Of a stretch of 64,000 nt of DNA, positions 34,101 through 54,900 are shown one piece after another. The position numbers and the translations under genes were made by a program. How positions within the stretch are numbered: the stretch's first letter is position 1; each line of letters starts with the position of its first letter. The stretch lies in NCBI RefSeq assembly GCF_009914755.1, contig NC_060925.1; one strand, given 5' to 3'. The DNA comes from the human T2T-CHM13v2.0 reference genome, Homo sapiens. A model generated the notes under the pieces. It did not search any database, was not told where the DNA came from, and was given only the letters and a program-made list of their open reading frames with translations.

Positions 34101-37100
34101 GGTGATCTGTGCAGATCTATGTCAAAAGGCCCCACTTGGCAGAGCCTATATAAATGTTACATCACCTGGGTGATCAGTGCAGAGATACGTCACAATACCC
34201 CCTGTAGGTGGAGCCTAGACAAGAGTTACATCACCTGGGAGACCAGTGCAGAGATACGTCACAATACCCACTGTATGTGGAGCCTAGACAAGAGTTACAT
34301 CACCTGGGTAATCAGTACAGAAATATGTCACAAAGCCCCTGTAGGCAGAGCCTAAGCAAGAGTTACATCACCTGGGTGATCAGTGCAGAAATATGCCACA
34401 AAGCCCCTTTAGGCCGAGCCTAGACAAGAGTTACATCTTCTGGGTGATCAGTGCAAAGATATGTCACAAAGCCCACTGTAGACAAATGCCAGAAAATTGT
34501 TACATCACCTGGGTGATCACTGGAGGTATCTGTCACAATTACCCTTTAGGCGCAGCTTAGACAGGCGCTACATCACATGAGTGATCAGTGCAGAGATATG
34601 TCACTATGCCCTCATAGGCAGATCCAAAACAAGAGTCCATCACCTGGGTGATTAGTGCAGAAATATGTCACAATGCCGCCAGTAGGCAGCTATAGACAAG
34701 AGTTACATCACCCGCGTCATCACTGCAGAGATATGTCACAATGCCCCTGTAGGCAGAGCCTAGACAAGAGTCCCATCACCTGGGTGATCAGTGCAGAGAT
34801 GTGTCAAAATGCCCCTGTAGCTAGAACCGAAACAAAAGATACATCAGCTGTATGATGAGTACAGTGACATGTCACAATATCCCTGTGGCCATATCCTTGA
34901 AAAAAGTGACATCACCTCGGTGATCAGTGCGGAGATGTGTCACAATTTCTCCAGTAGGCAGAGCCTAGAAAAGAGTTGCATCACCTGGGTGATCAGGACA
35001 GAGATATGTCACAATGTCCCCTGTAAGCAGATTCCAGACAAGACTTGCATCACCTCGGTGATCAGTGAAGAGATATGTCTCAATGCCCCCTGTCGTCGAA
35101 GCCTATACAAGAGTTACATCATCTCGGTGATCCGTGCAGTGATATGTTAAAATGCCCCTGTAGGCAGAGCCTAGACAAGAGTTACATCATCTGGGTGATC
35201 AGTGCAGAGATATCTCACAATACCGCCTGTAAGCAGAGCCTAGACAAGAATTACATCACCTGGGTGATCAGTGAAGTGATATGTCATAAATCCCACTGTA
35301 GGCAAAGCCTAGACAAGTTTTACATCACCTCAGTGATCAGTGCAGAGATATGTCCCAAAGTCCCTCTAGGCAGAGCTTAGAAAAGTGTCACATATCCTGG
35401 GTGATCAGTGCAGATATATGTCACAATGCCCCCGCAAGTAGGGCCTAGACAAGAGTTACATAACCTGGTTGATCCGTGCAGAGTGATGTCACAACGCCCT
35501 CTGTAGGCAGAAACTAGAAAAGAGTTATATCACCTGTGTGATCAGTGCAGAGATATGACACAATGCCCCCTGTAGACAGAGCATAGAGAAGAGTTGCATC
35601 ACCCGGGTGATCAATGCAGAGATATGTCACAATGTCCCCTGTAGGCAGAGCATAGAGAAGAGTTGCATCACCTGGGTGATCAGTGCAGAGATATGTCACA
35701 ATGTCCCCTGTAGGCAAAGCCTAGGCAAGAGTTACATCACCTTTGTCATCAATTCAGGGATATGTGAAAACGCCCCTGTAGGCAGAGCCTAGACAAGAGT
35801 TACATCACCTAGTTGATCGAGGCAGAGATATTTCACAATATCCCCTGTAGGCAGATCCTAGACAAGAGTTGAATCACCTGGGTGATCAGTGCACAGATAT
35901 TTCACAATGCCCCCTTTGGGCATAGGGTAGACATGAGTTACATCACCTAGGTGATCAGTGCAGTGATTTTTCAAATTTCCCTGCAGGCAGTGCTTATAAA
36001 AGTGTTACATCACCTAAGTGATCAGTGCGGAGATATGTCACAAATCTCCTGTACGTGGAACTTAGATGAGTTACGTCACCTGGGTGATCAGTGCAAAGGT
36101 ATGTCAGAAAGCACCCTGTAGGCAAAGCCTAGACTATCATTATATCACTTGGGTGATCAGTGGCGAGATCTCTCACAATTCCCCTGTTGGCAGGGCTCAT
36201 ACAAAAGTTATATCACCTGGGTGATCAGTGCAGAGATATGTCACAATGCCCCCATAGGCAGATTCAAGACAAGAGTTCGTCACCTGGGTGATCTGTGCAA
36301 AGATATGTCACAAAGACCCCTGTAGACTAATCCCAGAAAATTGTTACATCACCAGGGTGATCAGTGGAAATATTTGTCACAATTCCCCTTTAGGCGCAGC
36401 TTAGACAAGCGTTTCATCACATAAGTGATCAGTGCAGTGATATGTCGCTATGCCCCCATAGGCAGATCCAAGACAAGAGTCCATCACCTGGATGATCAGT
36501 GCCGAAACATGCCACAGTGCCACCAGTAGGCAGATATAGACAACAGTTACATCACCTGCGTGATCACTGCAGGGAAATGTCAAAATGCCCCTGTAGGCAG
36601 AGCCTAGACAAGAGTCCCATCACCTGGGTGATCAGTGCAGGGTTATGTCACAAAGCTCCCTTTTGGCAGAGCCTCGACAAGCATTACATCACCTGAGTGA
36701 TCAGTGCAGAGATGTGTCAAAAGACCCCTGTAGCCAGAGCCTAGACAAGAGTTACATCAGCTGTGTGATCAGTGAAGTGACATGTCACAATGTCCCTGCA
36801 GCCATATCCTTGACAAAAGTGACATCACCTAGGTGATCAGTGCGGAGATATGTAACAATGTCTCCAGTAGGCAGAGCCTAGACAAGAGTTACATCACCTG
36901 GGTGATCAGGGCAGCGATATGTCACAATGACCCCTGTAAGCAGATCCCAAACAAGAGTTGCATCACCTCAGCGATCAGTAAAGAGATATATCTCAATGCC
37001 CCCTTTCGGCGAAGCCTTTACAAGAGTCCCATCTCGGTGATCAGTGCAGTGATATGTTAAAATGCCCCTGTAGGCAGAGGCTAGACAAGAGTTACATCAC

Positions 37101-40100
37101 CTGGGTGATCAGTGCAGAGATATCTCACAATACCCCCTGTAAGCAGAGCCTAGACAAGAATTACATCACCTGGGTGATCAGTGAAGGGATATGTCTTAAA
37201 TCCCACTGTAGTCAAAGCCTAGTCTAGTTTTACATCACCTCAGGGATCAGTGCAGAGATATGACCCAATGTCCCACTAGGCAGAGCTTAGACAAGAGTCA
37301 CATCTCCTGGGTGATCAGTGCAGAGATATGTCACAATGCCCCCGCAGGTAGGGCCTAGACAAGAGTTACATAACCCACGTGATCCGTGCAGAGTGATGTC
37401 ACAACGCCCTCTGTAGGCAGAGACTAGAAAAGAGTTACATCACCTGTGTGATCTGTGCAGCGATATGACACAATGCCCCCTGTAGGCAGAGCATAGAGAA
37501 GAGTAGCATCACCTGGGTGATCAGTGCAGAGATATGTCACAATGTCACCTGTAGGCAGAGCATATAGAAGAGTTGCATCACCTGGGTGATCAGTGCAGAG
37601 ATATGTCACAGTGTCCCCTGTAGGCAAAGCCTAGGCAAGAGTTACATCACCTTTGTCATCAGTTCAGGGATATGTGAAAATGCCCCTGTAGGCAGAGCCT
37701 AGACAAGAGTTACATCACCTAGTTGATCAGTGCAGAGATATTTCACAATACCCCCTGTAGGCAGATCCTAGACAAGAGTTGAATCACTTGGGTGATCAGT
37801 GCAGAGATATTTCACAATGCCCCCTTTGGGCAGAGGGTACACAAGAGTTACATCACCTAGGTTATCGGTGCAGTGGTTTTTCAAAATTCCCTGCAGGCAG
37901 TGCTTATAAAAGTGTTACATCACCTAAGTGATCAGTGGGGAGATATGTCCCAAAGCTCCTGTAGGCAGAACTTAGATGAGTTACGTCATCTGGGTGATCA
38001 GTGCAATGGTATGTCACAAAGCCCCCTGTAGGCAAAGCCTAGATTATCATTATATCACTTGGGTGATCAGTGGCGAGATGTCTCACAATTCCCTTGTAGG
38101 AAGAGCTTATACAACAGTTACATCACCTGAGTGATCACTGCAGAGATATGTCACAACGCCCCCATAGGCAGATCCAAGACAGGAGTCCGTCACCTGTGTG
38201 ATCAGTGAAGAAATATGTCACAATGCCCCCTTAGGCAGAGCCTACATAAGAGTCCCATCACCTGGGTGATCAGTGCAGAGACATTTCACAATGCCCCTGC
38301 AGGCAGAGCGTAAGTAAGAGTTACATCACCTAGATGACCAGTGCAGAGATATGTCACGAGTGCAGATATGTCTCTGCCCCATGGGCAGAGACTGGAAAAG
38401 AGTTACATCACCTAGGCGATCAATCCAGTGATATGTCACTATGCCCCGTAGGCAGAGCCTAGTCAAGAGTTACATCTCCTGGGTGATCAGTGCTGAGATA
38501 TGTCACAAATCCCCCATACACAGAGCCTAGAAAAGAGTCCCATCACCTGGGTGATCAGTGCAGAAATATTTCACAATGCCCCCATAGGCTGATCCAACAC
38601 AAGAGTTACATCACCTGGGTGATCTGTGCAGAAATATGTCACAATGCCCCCTAAGGCAGAGCCTAGCCAAAAGCCCCATCACCTAGATGATCAGTGCAGA
38701 GTTATGTCACAAATTCCCTTTAGGGAGATCCTAGACAAGCGTCACATCACTTGGATGACTAGTGCAGACATATGTCACAATGCCATTGTAGACAGAGTCT
38801 AGACAAGTGTTACATGACCTAGGTGATCAGTGCAGAGATACATCGCAATGTCCCTGTAGGCAGAGCCTTGACAAGCGGTACATCACCTGGGTGATCATTG
38901 CAGGGATATATCACAAAGCAACCTGTAGGCAGATACTATAAAAGAGTTACATCACCTGGGTGATCAGTGCAGAGATATGTCACAATGCCACTGTAGGCAG
39001 AGCCTAGACAAAAGCTACATGAACTAGGTGATCATAGCAGAGATACATCGCAATGTCCCTGCAGGCAGAGCCTTGAGAAGGGGTATATCACCTGGGTGAT
39101 CATTGCAGGGATATGTGACAAAGCACCCTGTAGGCAGATGCTAGAGAAGAGTTATATCACCTGGGTGATCAGTGCAGAGATATGTCACAAGCCGCCTGTA
39201 GCCAGAGCCTAGAAAAGAGTTATATCACCTGGGTGATCAGTACAGTGATATGTCACAGTGCCTTGTAGCCAGATCCTAGACTAAAGTTACAGCACATGGG
39301 AGATCAGTACAGAGATATGTCACAATGTCCCCAGTAGGCAGACAGCAGGCAAGAGTTGGATCACCTCAGGATCAGTGCAGAGATATGTCTCAATCCCCCT
39401 GTGGGCACAGCCTAGACAAGGGTTACAACACCTCGGTTAACAGTGCAGAGATATGTCAAGGTGCCCCTGTAGGCAGAGCCTACACAATTGTTACATCACT
39501 TAGGTGATCAGTGCAGGGATATGTCACAATACCACCTGTAAGCAGAGCATAGAAAAGAGTTGCATCACCTGGGTGATCAGTGCAGAGATATGTGACAAGC
39601 CCCCTTAAAGCAGAGCCTAGGCAATAGTTACATCACCTGAGTGATAAGTGCAGAGATCTGTCACAATGCCCCTTTAGGCAGAGCATAGACGAGAGTTACA
39701 TCACCTGGGTGATCAGTGCAGAGATATGTCACTATATCCCCTTAGGCAAATCCAAGACGAGAGTCCACCACCTGGGTGATCAGTGCAGACATATGTGACA
39801 ATGCCTCCAGTAGGCAGAGCCTAGAGAAGGGTCCCATCACCTGGGTGATCAGTGCAGAGTTATTTCACAATGCCCCTGCAGGCAGAGCGTAAGCAAGAGT
39901 TACATCACCTAGATGATCAGTGCAGAGATATGTCACAAGGCCACCTATAGGCAGAGCCTGGACAAAAGTTACATCACCTCGGTGATCAATGCAGTGATAT
40001 GTCACTATGCCCTGTAGGCAGAGCCTAGTCAAGCGTTACATCACCTGGGTGATCAGTGCAGATATGTCACAATGCCCCCAGAGGCAGATCCAACACAAGT

Positions 40101-40272
40101 TTTACATCACCTGGGTGATCAGTGTAGAGATATGTCACAATGCCCCCATAGGCAGAGCCCAGACAAAAGTCCCATCACCTGGGTGATCAGTGCAGAGATA
40201 TGTCAGAAAGCCCCTGTAGGCAGAGCCTAGACAAGTGTTACATCACTTTGTTGATCAGTTCAGAGATGTGTC
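31138..40272 (+). repeat. Beta satellite array, forward orientation (longest block, ~9.1 kb)
   Basis: 68-bp monomers; contains an internal ~1.9-kb duplication. Confidence 0.97.
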
Positions 40273-44058
<3,786 letters not shown>

Positions 44059-47000
44059 GACACATCTCTGAACTGATCAACAAAGTGATGTAACTCTTGT
44101 CAAGGCTCTGCCTACAGGGGCTTTGTGACATATCTCTGCACTGATCACCCAGGTGATGTAACTCTTGTGTTGTATCTGCCTATGGGGGCATTGTGACAAA
44201 TTTCTGCACTGATCACCCAGGTGATGGGACCCTTGTCTAGGCTCTGTGTATGGGGGCTTTGTGACATATCTCTGCACTGATCACCCAGGTGATGTAACGC
44301 TTGACTAGGCTCTGCCTACGGGACATAGTGACATATCACTGCATTGATCACCGAGGTGATGTAACTCTTGTCCAGGATCTGCCTATAGGTGGCCTTGTGA
44401 CATATCTCTGCACTGATCATCTTGGTGATGTAACTCTTGCTTACGCTCTGCCTGCAGGGGCATTGTGAAATATCTCTGCACTGATCACACTGTTGATGGG
44501 ACTCTTCTCTAGGCTCTGCCTACTGGGGGCATTGTCACATATTTCTGCACTGATCCCCTAGGTGAGGGACCCTTGTCTTGCATTTGCCTATGTGGGCATA
44601 GTGACATATCTCTGCACTGATCACCGTGGTGATGTAACTGTGGTTTAAGCTCTGCATAAAGGGGCATTGTGACAGATCTCTGCACTGATCACTCAGGTGC
44701 TGTAACTATTGTCTAGACTCTGCTTAAAGGGGCATTGTCACATATCTCTGCACTGATCACCCAGGTGATGTAACTCTTGTCTAGGGTCTGCTTACAGGGG
44801 GTATTGTGACATATCTCTGCACTGATCACCTAAGTGCTGTAACACTTGTGTGGGCTCTGCCTACAGGGTCATTTTGAAATATCTCTGCACTGTTAACCGA
44901 GGTGATGTAATTCTTGTCTAGTCTGTGCCCACAGGGGGATTGAGACATATCTCTGCACTGATCCCGAGGTGATCCAACTCTTGCCTGGTCTCTGCCTACT
45001 GGTTACATTGTGACATATCTCTGCACTGATCTCCCATGTGCTGTAACTTTAGTCCAGGCTCTGGCTACACGGCATTGTGAAATATCACTGCACTGATCAC
45101 CCAGGTGATATAACACTTGTCTAGGCTCTGCCTACAAGGGGCTTGTGACATATCTGTGCACTGATCACCCAGGTGATATAACTCTTCCCTAGGATCTGCC
45201 TACAGGGTGCTTTGTGACATATCCCTGCAATGATCACCCAGGTGATATACCACTTGTCAAGGCTCTGCCTACAGGGGCATTGCAATGTATCTCTGCACTG
45301 ATCGCCTATTTCATGTAACTCTTGTCTAGGCTCTGCCTACAATGGCATTGTGACATATCTCTGCACTGATCACCCTGGTGATGTAACTATTTTCTAGGAT
45401 CTGCTACAGGGTTCTTTGTGACATATCCCTGCAGTGATCACCCAGGTGATGTAACTGTGGTATAAGCTCTGCCTACAGGGGAATTGTGAGATCTCGCCAC
45501 TGATCACCCAAGTGATGTAACTATTGTCCATGAATTGCCTACAGGGGGCTTTGTGACATACATTTGTACTGATCACCCAGGTGATGTAAGTCATCTAAGT
45601 TCTGCCTATGGGAGCTTTGTGACATATCTCTGTACTGATCACCCAGGTGATGTAACTGTTTTATAAGCTCTGCCTACAGGGGAATTGTGATAGATGTTGC
45701 CACTGATCACCCAAGTGATGTAACTATTGTCTAGGATTTGCCTACAAGGGGCTTTGTGACATACCTTTGCACTGATCACAAAGGTGATGTAACTCATCTA
45801 AGTTGTACCTACAGGAGCTTTGTGACATATCTCTTCACTGATCACTTAGGTGATGTAACACTTTTATAAGCACTGCCTACAGGGAATTTTGACAAATCTC
45901 TGCACTGATCACCTAGGTGATGTAACTGTTGTCTACCCTCTGCCCAAAGGGGTCATTGTGAAATATCTCTGCACTGATCACCCAGGTGATTCAACTCTTG
46001 TCTAGGATCTGCCTACAGGGGGTAGTGTGAAATATCTCTACACTGATCAACTAGGTGATGTAACTCTTGTCTAGGCTCTGCCTACAGGGGCGTTTTCACA
46101 TATAACTGAACTGATGACAAAGGTGATGTAACTCTTGACTAGGCTTGGCCTACAGGGAACATTGTGACATATCTCTGGACTGATCACCCAGGTGATGCAA
46201 CTCTTCTCTATGCTCTGCCTACAGGGGACATTGTGACATATCTCTGCATTGATCATCCAAGTGACACAACTCTTCTCTGTACTCTGCCTACTGGGGGCAT
46301 TTTGACTTATCTCTACACTGATCACCCAGGTGATGTAACTCTATTCTAGTGTCTGCCTACAGAGGGCGTTGTGACAACACTCTGCACGGATCACCCGCGT
46401 TATGTAACTCTTGTCTAGGCTCTGCCTATGGGGGGCATTGTGACTTTTCTCTGCATTGATCACCCAGGAGATGTGACTCTTTTCTAAGCTCTGCCTAGAG
46501 CCACATATGGACATAACTATGCACTGATCACTGAGGTGATGTAAAACTTGTCTAGGCTTTGCCTACAGTGGGGTTTATGACACATCACTGTACTGATCAC
46601 CCAGGTGATGTAATTCTTTTCTAGGCTCTGCTTACAGGGGTTATTGCGAGAAATCTCTGCACTGATAACCCAGGTGAGGTAACTCTTGTCTAGGCTCCAC
46701 CTACAGGGTGTATTGTGAGGTAACTCTGCACTGATCACCCAGGTGAAGTAACATTTATCCAGGCTCTGCCTACAGGGGCGTTTTGACATAGGTCTGCACA
46801 GATCACCTAGGTTATGTAACTCTTGTCCACTCTCTGCCTTCAGGGGCATTGTGAAATATCTCTGCACTGATCACCCGGGTGATGGGACTCTTCTATATTC
46901 TCTGTCTAGAGGGGTATTTGTGACATATCTCTGCACTGATCACCCAGGTGATGGAAGTCTTGTCTAGGCTCTGTCTATGGGGCATTGTGTCAAATGTCTG

Positions 47001-49154
47001 CACTGATCACCCAGGTGATGTAACTCTTTTCTGGGATCTGCCTACAGGGTGCATTGTGACATATCCCTGCAAAGATCACCCAGGTGATGTACCACTTGTC
47101 AAGGCTCTGCCTACAGGGACATAGCGATGTATCTCTGCACTGACCACCTAGGTCATGTAACACTTGTCTAGGCTCTGCCTACAGTGGCATTGTGATATAC
47201 CTCTGCACTGATCATCCAAGTGATGTAACTCTTGTCTAGGATCTGCTTAAAGGGACTTTGTGACATAACTCTGCACTGATCATCCAGGCGATGGCGCTTT
47301 TGTCTAGGCTCTGCCTAAGGGGGCATTGTGACATATTTCTGCACTGATCACCAAGGTGACGGACTCTTCTCTTGGATCTGCCTATGGGTTCATTGTGACA
47401 TATCTCTGCACTGATCACCCAGGTGATGTAACTGTCGTATAAGCTCTGCGTACAGGGGAATTGTGAGAGATCTCGCCACTGATCACCCAAGTGAAGTAAC
47501 TATTGTCTAGGCTTTGCCTACAGGGTGCTTTGTGACTTACCTTTGCACTGATCACCTAGGTGATGTATCTCATCTAAGATCTGCCTACAGGAGCATTGTG
47601 ACATATCCCTGCACTCATCATTTTGGTGATGTGACACTTTTATCAGCACTGCCTACACGGAATTTTGACAAATCTCTGCACTGATCATCTAGGTGGTGTA
47701 ACTCTTGTCTAGGCTCCACCTACTGGGGTATTGTGAAGTATCTCTGCACTGATCACCCAAGTGATGTAACATTTATCTAGGCTTTGAATAAAGGGAGATT
47801 TTGACATAGATCTGCAAAGATCACCTAGGTTATGTAACTCTTGTCCACTCTCTACCTACAGGGGGCATTGTGAAATATCTCTGCACTGATAACCCAGGTG
47901 ATGGGACCCTTCTCGATACTCTGCCTAGAGGGGGATTTTTGACATATCTCTGCACTGATCACCCAGATGATGGAAGTCTTGTCTAGGCTCTGTCTATGGG
48001 GGCATTGTGTCAAATATCTGCACTGATCACCCAGGTGATGTAACTCTTTTCTATGCTCTGTCTACAGGGATTTTTGTGACATATCACTGCACTGACCACC
48101 TAGGTGATGTAAGCCTTGTATGGGCTTTGCCTACAGAAGTCTTTGTGACATATCTATGCACTGATCTCTGAGGTGATGCAACTCTTGTCTGGGCACTGCC
48201 TACAAAGGTCATTGGTACATATCTCTGCACTGATCACCCAGGTGATGGACTCTTCTCTTAGATCTGCCTACATGGACATTGTGACACATCTCTGAACTGA
48301 TCACCCATGTGAAGAATCTCTTGTGTAGCCTCTGCCTACAGGGGCTTTGTGACACATCTCTTTACTGATCACCCTGGGGAGGTAAGCCTTGTCTATGCTC
48401 TGCCTACAGGAGGCTTTATGACTTATACCTGCACTGATAACCTAGGTGATGTAACACTTGTCTAGGCTCTGCCTACACGGGAATTCTCACATATCTCTGC
48501 ACTGATCACCCAGGTGATGTAATTCCTGTCTAGGTTCAGCCTACAGGAGCGTTTTGACATATCTCTGCACTGATCATCCAGGTGATGTAACATTTGTCTA
48601 AGCTCTGCCTACAGGGTATTGGGACAGATCTCTCCACTGCTCACCCAGGTGATGTAACAATTGTCTGGGCTTTGCCTACAGGGGGCTTTGTGATATACAT
48701 TTCCACTGATCAAACAGGTGATGTAACCCTTGTCAAGGTTCTGCTTACAGGGGCTTTGTGACATATCTCTGCACTGATCAACCTTGGGAGGAAACATTTG
48801 TCTACACTCTGCATACAGGAGGCTTTACGACTTATCCCTGCACTGATCACTAGGTGATGTAACACTTGTCTAGGCTCTGTCTACACGGGAATTTTCACAT
48901 ATCTCTACACTGATCACCTAAGTGATGTAACCCTTTTCTAGGTTCAGCCTACTGGGGATTTCTGACATACCTATGCACTGATCACCGAGGTGATGTAAAT
49001 CATTTCCAGCCTTTTTGTACAGGGGACATTGTGATAAATCTTTGCACTGATCACTCAAATGATGCAAATCTTCTCTAGGCTCCACAGGGACATGGCATTG
49101 TGACATATTTCTGAACCGATCATCCCGGATTTGTAACTATTCTCCAGGGTTTGA
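44059..49154 (-). repeat. Beta satellite array, reverse orientation
   Basis: 68-bp monomers. Confidence 0.97.
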
Positions 49155-51928
<2,774 letters not shown>

Positions 51929-54900
51929 GACACATCTCTGAACTGATCAGCAAAGTGATGTAACACTTTTCTAGGCTCTGCCTACAGGGGCTTTGAGACA
52001 TATCTCTGCACTGATCACCCAGGTGATGGGACATTTGTCTAGGCTCTGCCTATGGGGGCATTGTGACTTATCTCTACAGTGATCAGCAAGGTGATGAAAC
52101 CCTTTTGTTGGATCTGCCTATGGGGGCATTGTGACAGATTTCTACACTGATCACCCAGGTGATGGGACTCTTGTCTAGGCCCTGTGTATGGGGGCTTTGT
52201 GACGTATCTCTGCACTGATCACCCAAGTGATGTAACGCTTGACTAGGCTCTGCCTACGGGGCATAGTGACATATCATTGCATTCATCACCCAAGGTGATG
52301 TAACTCTTGTCCTGGCTCGGCCTATAGGGGGCCTCGTGACATATCTCTGCACTGATCATTTAGGTGATGTAACCTTTGCTTACGCTCTGCCTGCAGGGTT
52401 ATTGTGAAATATCTCTGCACTGATCACCCAGGTGATGGGACTCTTCTCTAGGCTCTGTCTACTGGGGGCATTGTCACATATTTCTGCACTGATCACCCAG
52501 GTGACGGACTCTTGTCTTGGATTTGCCTATGAGGTCATTGTGACATATCTGTGCACTGATCACCCAGGTGATGTAACTCTGGTCTAAGCTCTGCCTAAAG
52601 GGGCATTGTGACAGATCTCTGCACCGATCACTCAAGTGATGTAACTGTTGTCTAGGCTCTGCTTAAAGGGGCCTTGCCACATATCTCTGCAGTGATCACC
52701 CAGGTGATGTAACTATTGTCTAGGCTCTGCTTACAGGGGGTACTGTGACATATCTCTGCACTGATCACCTAAGTGATGTAACACTTGTGTAGGCTCTGCC
52801 TACAGAGACATTTTGACATATCTCTGCACTGATCACCTAAGTGATGTAACACTTGTGTAGGCTCTGCCTGCAGGGGCATTTTGACATATCTCTGCACTGT
52901 TAACAGAGGAGATGTAACTCTTGTCTAGGCTGTGACCACAGGGGAACTGAGACATATCTCTGCACTAATCCCGAGGTGATCCAACTCTTGCCTGGTCTCT
53001 GCCTACTGGGGACATTGTAACATATCTCTGCACTGATCTCCCAGGTGCTGTAACTTTAGTCTACCCTCTGGCTACAGGGCATTGTGACATATCACTGCAC
53101 TGATCACCCTGGTGATATATCTCCTCTCTAGGCTCTGCCTACAGGGGGCTTGTGACATATCTCTGCACTAATCACCCAGGTGATATAACTCTTCTCTAGG
53201 ATCTGCCTACAGGGTGCTTTGTGACATGTCCCTGCAATGATCACTCAGGTGATATACCACATGTCAAGGCTCTGCCTTCAGGGGCAATGCGATGTATCTC
53301 TGCAATGATCACCTAGGTCATGTAACTCTTGTCTAGGCTCTGCCTACTGTGACATTGTGACATATCTCTGCACTGATCACCCAGGTGATGTAACTCTTTT
53401 CTAGGATCTGCCTACAAGGTGCTTTGTGAAATATTCCTGCAATGATCACCCAGATGTTCTACCACATGTCAAGGCTCTGCCTACAGGGGCATTGCCATGT
53501 ATTTCTGCACTGATCACCTAGGTCATGTAACACTTGTCTAGGGTCTGCCTACAATGGAATTGTGACATATCTCTGCAGTAATCATCCAAGTGATGTAACC
53601 CTTGTCTAGGATCTGCCTAATCGAACTTTGTGACATAACTCTGCACTGATCTTCCAGGTGATGGGGCTTTTGTCTAGGCTCTGCCTAAGGGGGCATTGTG
53701 ACATATTTCTGCACTGATCACCCAGGTGATGGACTCTTCTCTTGGATCTGCCTATGGGGGCATTGTGACATATCTCTGCACTGATAACACAAGTGATGTA
53801 ACTGTTGTATAAGCTCTGCCTACAGGGGAATTGTGAGAGATCTCGCCACTGATCACCCAAGTGATGTAACCATTGTCTAGGCTTTGCCTACAGGGGGCTT
53901 TGTGACATATCTTTGCACTGATCACCCAGGTGATGCAACTCATCGAACTTCTGCCTACAGGAGCTTTGTGATATATCTCTGCACTGATCACTTAGGTGAT
54001 GTAACACTTTTATAAGCACTGCCTACAGGGAATTTTGACAGATATCTGCACTGATCACCTAGGTGATGTAACTCTTGTCTACCCTCTGCCCAAAGGGGGC
54101 ATTGTGAAATATCTCTGCACTGATCATCCAGGTGATTCAACTCTTGTCTATGATCTGCCTACAGGGGGTATTGTGAAATGTCTCTGCACTGATCAACCAG
54201 GTGGTGTAACTCTTGTCTAGGTTCTGCTACAGGGGCTTTTTCACATATGCCTGAACTGATGACAAAGTTGATGTAACTCTTGCCTAGGCTTTTCCTACAG
54301 GGGACATTGTGACATATCTCTGCACTGATCACCCAGGTGATGCAACTCTTCTCTATGCTCTGCCTACAGGGGACAATGTGATATATCTCTGCACTGATCT
54401 CTCATGTGATGCAACTCTTCTCTATGCCCTGCCTACAGGGGGCATTGTGACATATCTCTGCACTAATCACCCTGCTGATGTAACTCTTTTCTAGTCTCTG
54501 CCTGCAGAGGGCGTTGTGACATCACTCTGCACGGATCACCTGGTTTATGTAACTCTTGTCTAGGCTCTGCTTACGGGGGCATTGTGACTTGTATCTGCCC
54601 TGACGACCCAGGAGATGTGACTCTTGTCTAATGTCTGCCTAGAGGGACATTGGGACATATCTCTGCCCTGATCGCTGAGGTGATGTAAAACTTGTCTAGG
54701 CTTTGCCTACAGTGGGATTTATAACATATCTCTGCACTGATCCCCCAGGTGATGTAACTCTTATCTAGGCTCTGCTTACAAGGGTTATTGTGAGATATCT
54801 CTGCACTGATCACCGAGGAAATGTAAGTCTTGTCTAGGCTCTGCCTACAGGGGCATTTTAACATATCACTGCACTGATCACCGAGATGATGTAACTCTTG

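Noticed and set aside
47787-47792. AATAAA within satellite
   Set aside because: On the plus strand, antisense to the neighbouring minus-strand cassettes, with no associated exon
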